Below, piece by piece: positions 45,797 to 49,789 of a stretch of DNA of 49,789 bases. The stretch spans positions 1 to 49,789 of the forward strand of contig DASXUI010000430.1 in the NCBI GenBank assembly GCA_036504955.1, read 5' to 3'. The first letter of the stretch is position 1. Every line of letters begins with the position of its first letter. This DNA comes from Armatimonadota bacterium (lineage in GTDB: Bacteria > Armatimonadota > DTGP01 > DASXUI01). The translations under genes were made by a program, and so were the position numbers. The notes below the pieces were generated by a model. The model saw only the letters and a list, made by a program, of their open reading frames with translations, was not told the DNA's origin and ran no database searches.

Positions 45797-45841
45797 GTCT
45801 TATATCCCTTACGTCCCTTTGGCCTCTTTGGTCCCTTCAGC
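45797..45841. repeat. 9-nt CCCTTNGGT-type tandem units
   Basis: GTCTTATAT-CCCTTACGT-CCCTTTGGC-CTCTTTGGT-CCCTTCAGC; the same unit type occurs at 49757-49789. Confidence 0.7.
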
Positions 45842-45878
45842 AGAGCGACCACAGGGGCCCAATGTCATCCCACAGCAT

Positions 45879-45921
45879 CCCTGTGGAGAGGACCGAGGGT
45901 GTGCCGGTCCTCTCCACAGGG
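45879..45921 (-). terminator. Strong hairpin downstream of the SEDS-PBP fusion gene
   Basis: Perfect 17-bp stem CCCTGTGGAGAGGACCG/CGGTCCTCTCCACAGGG with a 9-nt loop and no clear U-tract. Confidence 0.6.
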
Positions 45922-45960
45922 CCGCCGTGTTTCTGCACCAAACAGCCAAATGTGAACCCT

Positions 45961-48900
45961 CTACGGTCCGCCAGTCCCCAGTGCCGACAGTGCGCGGTCC
46001 AGGATCAGCGGCACGCCCACTTCGGCGGCGGTCATGCCCCCGGTGCCCACCGGCCGGCTGCCGATGCGGGTCTCCGCGCCCTGCACCCAAAGCGCGAGGG
46101 CAACCTTCGGCTTGGCCCCTTGGGGGCCGTCCCAGGGCCCGAAGGTGACGAACCACGCATCGTTCTCCCACTGCCCGGTGCGCGACCGGCCGGCCTCCGC
46201 GGTGCCCGTCTTGGAGGGGAACCGCTTGGAGCCCTTCCAGACAGGGAAGGCGGTGCCTCCCCGCTCATCGGCGGCGGCCATCATCGAGGCCACTGACGAC
46301 GCCACCTGCGGTCGCCATACGTCCCGGCTCCAGGCGTTGCTGGTGGTGCGCCAGTGAGGGCTAACGAGGTGCCCACCGTTGGCGATGGCGCAGACGCTCC
46401 GGATCACCTCATCCACGCTCATCGAGAGGGTCTGCCCGTAGGCGACCCACGGAAGATAGCGCTTGAAACGCTCCTGCACCTTGAGGTTGGGCTTGCTCGG
46501 ATCCCCAACGCTTTGCACGCCCAGGCGCTGGTAGGCCCCCAGAAGGGCGGCCGACCCAGCGGCAACGGCCGCCTGCGCGGCACCCTCGTTGCAGCTCAGT
46601 TTGATGATGTCACGGGGGGCCACGTAACCGTGCCGCGCCGGCCGGCCGCCCTTCACCATACACGCTACAGGCAGGCCCTGAACCCTCCTGCCTCCGACGC
46701 ACCACCACCGGTGCCCTGCCCAGGACCGGTCCTGCTGAAGCAGCGAGGCGATGGTGGTGATCTTGGCCACCGACCCGGGCGCCCGTGCGGAGTAGTGAAG
46801 GTTGTCGGTCAGCGGGCTGGGGTTGCTGTTGAGCAGTGAGTCGAGGGAGGCGAAGCTTTCGGACACCTGAGCCGGGGAGTAGCTGGGTACCTGAGCCACC
46901 GCAAGGTACTCGCCGTTCCGTGGGTCCACCACAGCCATCACCGCCTGCCTGGGAACACCGCCCGCCAGGGGGCGGGTCTGGTCCATCCGGTCGACCACAC
47001 GCTTCAGGCGGGAGTAGCACAGGCTCTGGAGGTCGCGAATCACGGTCAGCCGCTCCGGCTGGGGCGTGATGAGCAGCGGCTCTCTGCCCCAGGGGCTATG
47101 CAGCCCGCGCCACGCCCTGAGAAGGGCGGTGCCCTGGCGCCGGTGCCGCTCCTCCGCGGGCAGGGCCTCCTGGCTCACGGAACCGATCCCGGTCAGAAGC
47201 TCCATCAGTGACCGCTCGTTCCCGTATGCCTCGCCCCACACCGTCCGTATGCCGGTCAGTGGTGCGAGGGCCTCCCCCTCCAGTCCGTCCAGGTACCGGC
47301 GCTGCTTCAGGCGATGGCCGCTGGGCTGCTCCTGAGCAGCTTCCTCGGGCTCCAGGCCCGCCGACTCGTCTTCAGGAGACGTCGACCAGGCGGCCCTGAC
47401 CAGGTTGGTGGGGGCCCAACTGCCGGAGGAGCGGCGCACCAGCAGGTCGCCCGGGTCTAGACCTTGCAGAACGGATCCAAGCCGGACGTTCCCGTGCCCG
47501 CCGCCTCGTCCGGCGTAGGTCCGCAGGGCCAGCGATTCCCCGGCATTCCAGAGGCGCAGGTACTGACACAGACACAGCACCGCCACAACCCCGAAGGCGG
47601 CGTAGCTCCATGTCAGCATCCGTCGCAGGCTGCGGCCCGGCAGAGCTTGGCGGGGGGACTGCGAGAAGGCCAGCGCCACGGCGACCAGCACGCCGAAAGC
47701 GGCCGCGCTCCAGGCGCCGGAGGCCGCGGGAGCCAGCGTAAGCCCCGTCAGTGGCAGCAGGAAGCTGTTGGCGCCGAGCATGTACACCGTCTGGATGCCC
47801 AGTACCGCGGCGCTGGTGAGTGCCACCCAGCGCGCGAAGGGGTCAGGATGGGTCATTCCGATTCGGCAGAGCCGCCAGAGGACCAGGCTAAACAGGAGCA
47901 CCACCGCCAGCACCCCAGCCAGGCCGAGCTGCTCGAAGTAGAAGGGGAGCGCGACATCGTTCAGGTCCGAGGCGGCCTCGCCGCGGGATCCGTTCCCCAA
48001 GCCCGTACCCAGCAGAACGCTGGGGGCCGACGACACGCGGTAGAGGGCGTTCGCCATCTGGTCGGAGGGGGCGTCGAAGGGCTGACGCAGCATCTGCCAG
48101 CGCTCGGGGAAGGCGATGCGCCACTCCAGCCTCTCCGTCAGCACCGGCGAGAGCGCGACCACCAGAGTGCAGCCCAGGACCAGCAGCCCTGCGGCGGCCA
48201 GGAACGGCCCCTGACGCCGCAGGGCTAGCGAGGCAACCAGGCCCGCCGGCAGCCAGAGCAGGAGCAAGAAGCCCAGGTCGCCGGTGGAGAGCACCAGCGC
48301 GAGGCACCCAAGGTACCACAGACCGGCCGCCATCAGGTCCTGAGCGGGAATGAGGGTGAAGCGCCGCTCCAGCCGGTCCTCGTGGCGCGCGCAGAAGCTG
48401 GCCATGAAGAGGATGAGCGCGAGCTTCGACCCCTCGATGTACAGGAAGCTGAAGCCGCTCTCCTGGGTGCGTGCGAGGAAGAAGGCGGCCGTAGCGAGCA
48501 TGAGCGCGAGCAGGGCAGGCCGGGCCGTGAGGGTTCGGTACCCGAAGGCGAGCGTGGCGGCAAGGCCGGCCAGCCCCAGGAAGCCCAGAAGAGGAGCCCG
48601 AGCCATCGCGTTCGCCGCCAGCAGGCTGAAGGCCAGCCCGACCCACACGAAGGCGCCGGCGGACCCGCGCTCCAAAGCTTCGGCGAAGCCCCCCTTGCGG
48701 CCCCGCCCGGAGCCTCGGGCAGCCACCACGGCCAGCAGGGGCATCAGCGCCAGTGCCCCAAGCACGGCCCACCCCTGCCGCAGATAAGCTGGGCCCTGAA
48801 GCAGATGGCCGAACACGGGGGCCTCGGGGTCGGTCAGAGGGGAGGACACACCGAAGAGCACCAGTACGGACAGGCACCCCAGCCCACCATATGCGGGCAG

Positions 48901-49662
48901 AAGGTAGCCGTCGGACCTCGGCGCCATCCATCGAAGGACGAGATGAGCTAGAAGCAGGGCCCCTAGCAGCAGCTCCACCAGTAGCTGAAGGTCGCGCTTC
49001 GTGTCCTCCAAGTCGCGCAAGCTAAGGCCTTCGCGCGAGACCGCGCTGATACCGGCCAGGGAAAGGTCCTGATCCTCGGGGGGCGGCACCATCCGGCGGC
49101 GCTGGAGAATGCGCTCCACGGAGACCGGATCGCCCAGCGCCTTCAGCAGCTTCGGCGCGGGGCTCCGGGCGAGGGTAAGCTTGGGGTCGGCGGCCCTTGC
49201 GCGTGCCCAGCGGGGGACCAAGGCCGGGTTCAGCCCGCCCACTCGCGGCTCCGGCTTGCGAGTCGCGTCGGTCTTGAGCAGCGCTTCCAGCCGCTTCGTG
49301 TCCCGTGCCTTGACCGCCTCCTCGATGTCGCGCGTCTCCGCGCGGGGGCGGCGGGACAGCGAGGGGATCTGCGCCAGGTTGCTGAACCGGCCGGAGCGCT
49401 GCTCATCGCGTGCCGCGACCACCCCCTCGGCAAGCCGTAGGGGGGAGCCGGTGAACTCGGAGAGCTGCTTGGCGGTGCTGGTGTTCACGTTGAGCCAGAC
49501 ACGCCCGGCAACGCTGGCCTCGCGAGCCTGGTACGCGGTCACGGCGCCCAACGCGACCAGTGGAAGCAGAACCGACAGCAGCAGCCCCTCGCGACGACGG
49601 GGCGGGCGGGCCAACAGGAACGCCAGAAGGGGGCAGGCGAGAAGAGCTCCGAGGGCGATCAT
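45961..49662 (-). CDS. Fusion of a ComEA-like helix-hairpin-helix domain, a SEDS (RodA/FtsW) glycosyltransferase and a class B PBP transpeptidase
   Basis: LNVNTSTAKQL......LAEGVVAAR...GRFSNL (HhH_3-like); SEDS motifs DGYLLP, EGSK, GDLG, GTGLG.G, LND.....EQLG and LLPLTGLTL; transpeptidase SVAK (SxxK), SCN (SxN) and KTG. Start ATG 49662 or GTG 49665. Confidence 0.9.
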   Translation of the reverse strand: MIALGALLACPLLAFLLARPPRRREGLLLSVLLPLVALGAVTAYQAREASVAGRVWLNVNTSTAKQLSEFTGSPLRLAEGVVAARDEQRSGRFSNLAQIPSLSRRPRAETRDIEEAVKARDTKRLEALLKTDATRKPEPRVGGLNPALVPRWARARAADPKLTLARSPAPKLLKALGDPVSVERILQRRRMVPPPEDQDLSLAGISAVSREGLSLRDLEDTKRDLQLLVELLLGALLLAHLVLRWMAPRSDGYLLPAYGGLGCLSVLVLFGVSSPLTDPEAPVFGHLLQGPAYLRQGWAVLGALALMPLLAVVAARGSGRGRKGGFAEALERGSAGAFVWVGLAFSLLAANAMARAPLLGFLGLAGLAATLAFGYRTLTARPALLALMLATAAFFLARTQESGFSFLYIEGSKLALILFMASFCARHEDRLERRFTLIPAQDLMAAGLWYLGCLALVLSTGDLGFLLLLWLPAGLVASLALRRQGPFLAAAGLLVLGCTLVVALSPVLTERLEWRIAFPERWQMLRQPFDAPSDQMANALYRVSSAPSVLLGTGLGNGSRGEAASDLNDVALPFYFEQLGLAGVLAVVLLFSLVLWRLCRIGMTHPDPFARWVALTSAAVLGIQTVYMLGANSFLLPLTGLTLAPAASGAWSAAAFGVLVAVALAFSQSPRQALPGRSLRRMLTWSYAAFGVVAVLCLCQYLRLWNAGESLALRTYAGRGGGHGNVRLGSVLQGLDPGDLLVRRSSGSWAPTNLVRAAWSTSPEDESAGLEPEEAAQEQPSGHRLKQRRYLDGLEGEALAPLTGIRTVWGEAYGNERSLMELLTGIGSVSQEALPAEERHRRQGTALLRAWRGLHSPWGREPLLITPQPERLTVIRDLQSLCYSRLKRVVDRMDQTRPLAGGVPRQAVMAVVDPRNGEYLAVAQVPSYSPAQVSESFASLDSLLNSNPSPLTDNLHYSARAPGSVAKITTIASLLQQDRSWAGHRWWCVGGRRVQGLPVACMVKGGRPARHGYVAPRDIIKLSCNEGAAQAAVAAGSAALLGAYQRLGVQSVGDPSKPNLKVQERFKRYLPWVAYGQTLSMSVDEVIRSVCAIANGGHLVSPHWRTTSNAWSRDVWRPQVASSVASMMAAADERGGTAFPVWKGSKRFPSKTGTAEAGRSRTGQWENDAWFVTFGPWDGPQGAKPKVALALWVQGAETRIGSRPVGTGGMTAAEVGVPLILDRALSALGTGGP

Positions 49663-49668
49663 CACCCG

Positions 49669-49696
49669 TTAGACTGGAAGGAAGCAGGTATGGTTC
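49669..49696 (-). promoter_or_regulatory. ECF-type promoter for the HhH-SEDS-PBP gene, probably giving a leaderless mRNA
   Basis: Minus strand GAACCA-N16-GTCTAA, then 6 nt to the ATG; no SD. Same motif and spacing as at 13804-13831. Confidence 0.7.
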
Positions 49697-49700
49697 ATTG

Positions 49701-49789
49701 GGAAGGGGTCGTAGGGTCGTAGGGTCGTTGGGTCGTTGGGAAGGGCCTCATAGGGTGTCCTTTGGCCCCTTGCGTCCCTTCGGTCCCTT
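49701..49789. repeat. Composite modular element (GGGTCGT(A/T) x4 + hinge + 9-nt units), truncated by the window edge
   Basis: GGGTCGTA-GGGTCGTA-GGGTCGTT-GGGTCGTT-GGG-AAGGGCCTCA...TCCTTTGGC-CCCTTGCGT-CCCTTCGGT-CCCTT. Confidence 0.85.

Noticed and set aside
49669-49690. GGAAGGAAGCAG resembling the SRP RNA helix 8 loop
   Set aside because: The CAGG partner and flanking stem are absent; the segment is better explained as the spacer of the minus-strand ECF promoter.
8428-49789. Tandem repeats as a CRISPR array
   Set aside because: The units are 7-9 nt with no unique spacers, and there are no cas genes.

Overview
A high-GC bacterial chromosomal window. The prepilin/DUF1559-type protein, PEP-CTERM variant, SLH-like and dockerin domains suggest Armatimonadota or a relative (inference). 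The housekeeping backbone is eno (3' end), pyk, ftsB/divIC-like, thrC, hom, accB, pilT, maf, mpg, purA, lemA, fabG and nth. Accessory genes: a LuxR-HTH/beta-propeller regulator with a secreted NHL propeller and a PELP-CTERM protein; an ECF sigma/zinc anti-sigma/zinc-ribbon operon; a modular FAD oxidoreductase; a GT4 plus a large membrane protein; and two dockerin-bearing secreted proteins. Three things stand out. (1) At the right end, a rearranged actinobacterial-style fhaA-fhaB-pstP-pkn cluster is preceded by a single gene fusing a ComEA-like helix-hairpin-helix domain, a SEDS (RodA/FtsW) glycosyltransferase and a class B PBP transpeptidase. (2) The same GAACC-N-GTCTAA ECF promoter, at identical spacing, lies before that fusion gene and before the ECF sigma gene 36 kb away. 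(3) About a dozen intergenic, modular, often palindromic elements are built from exchangeable 7-9 nt tandem units around a constant AAGGGCCTSAG hinge. I found no rRNA, tRNA, CRISPR array, transposase or integrase. All calls come from manual motif reading without database searches.
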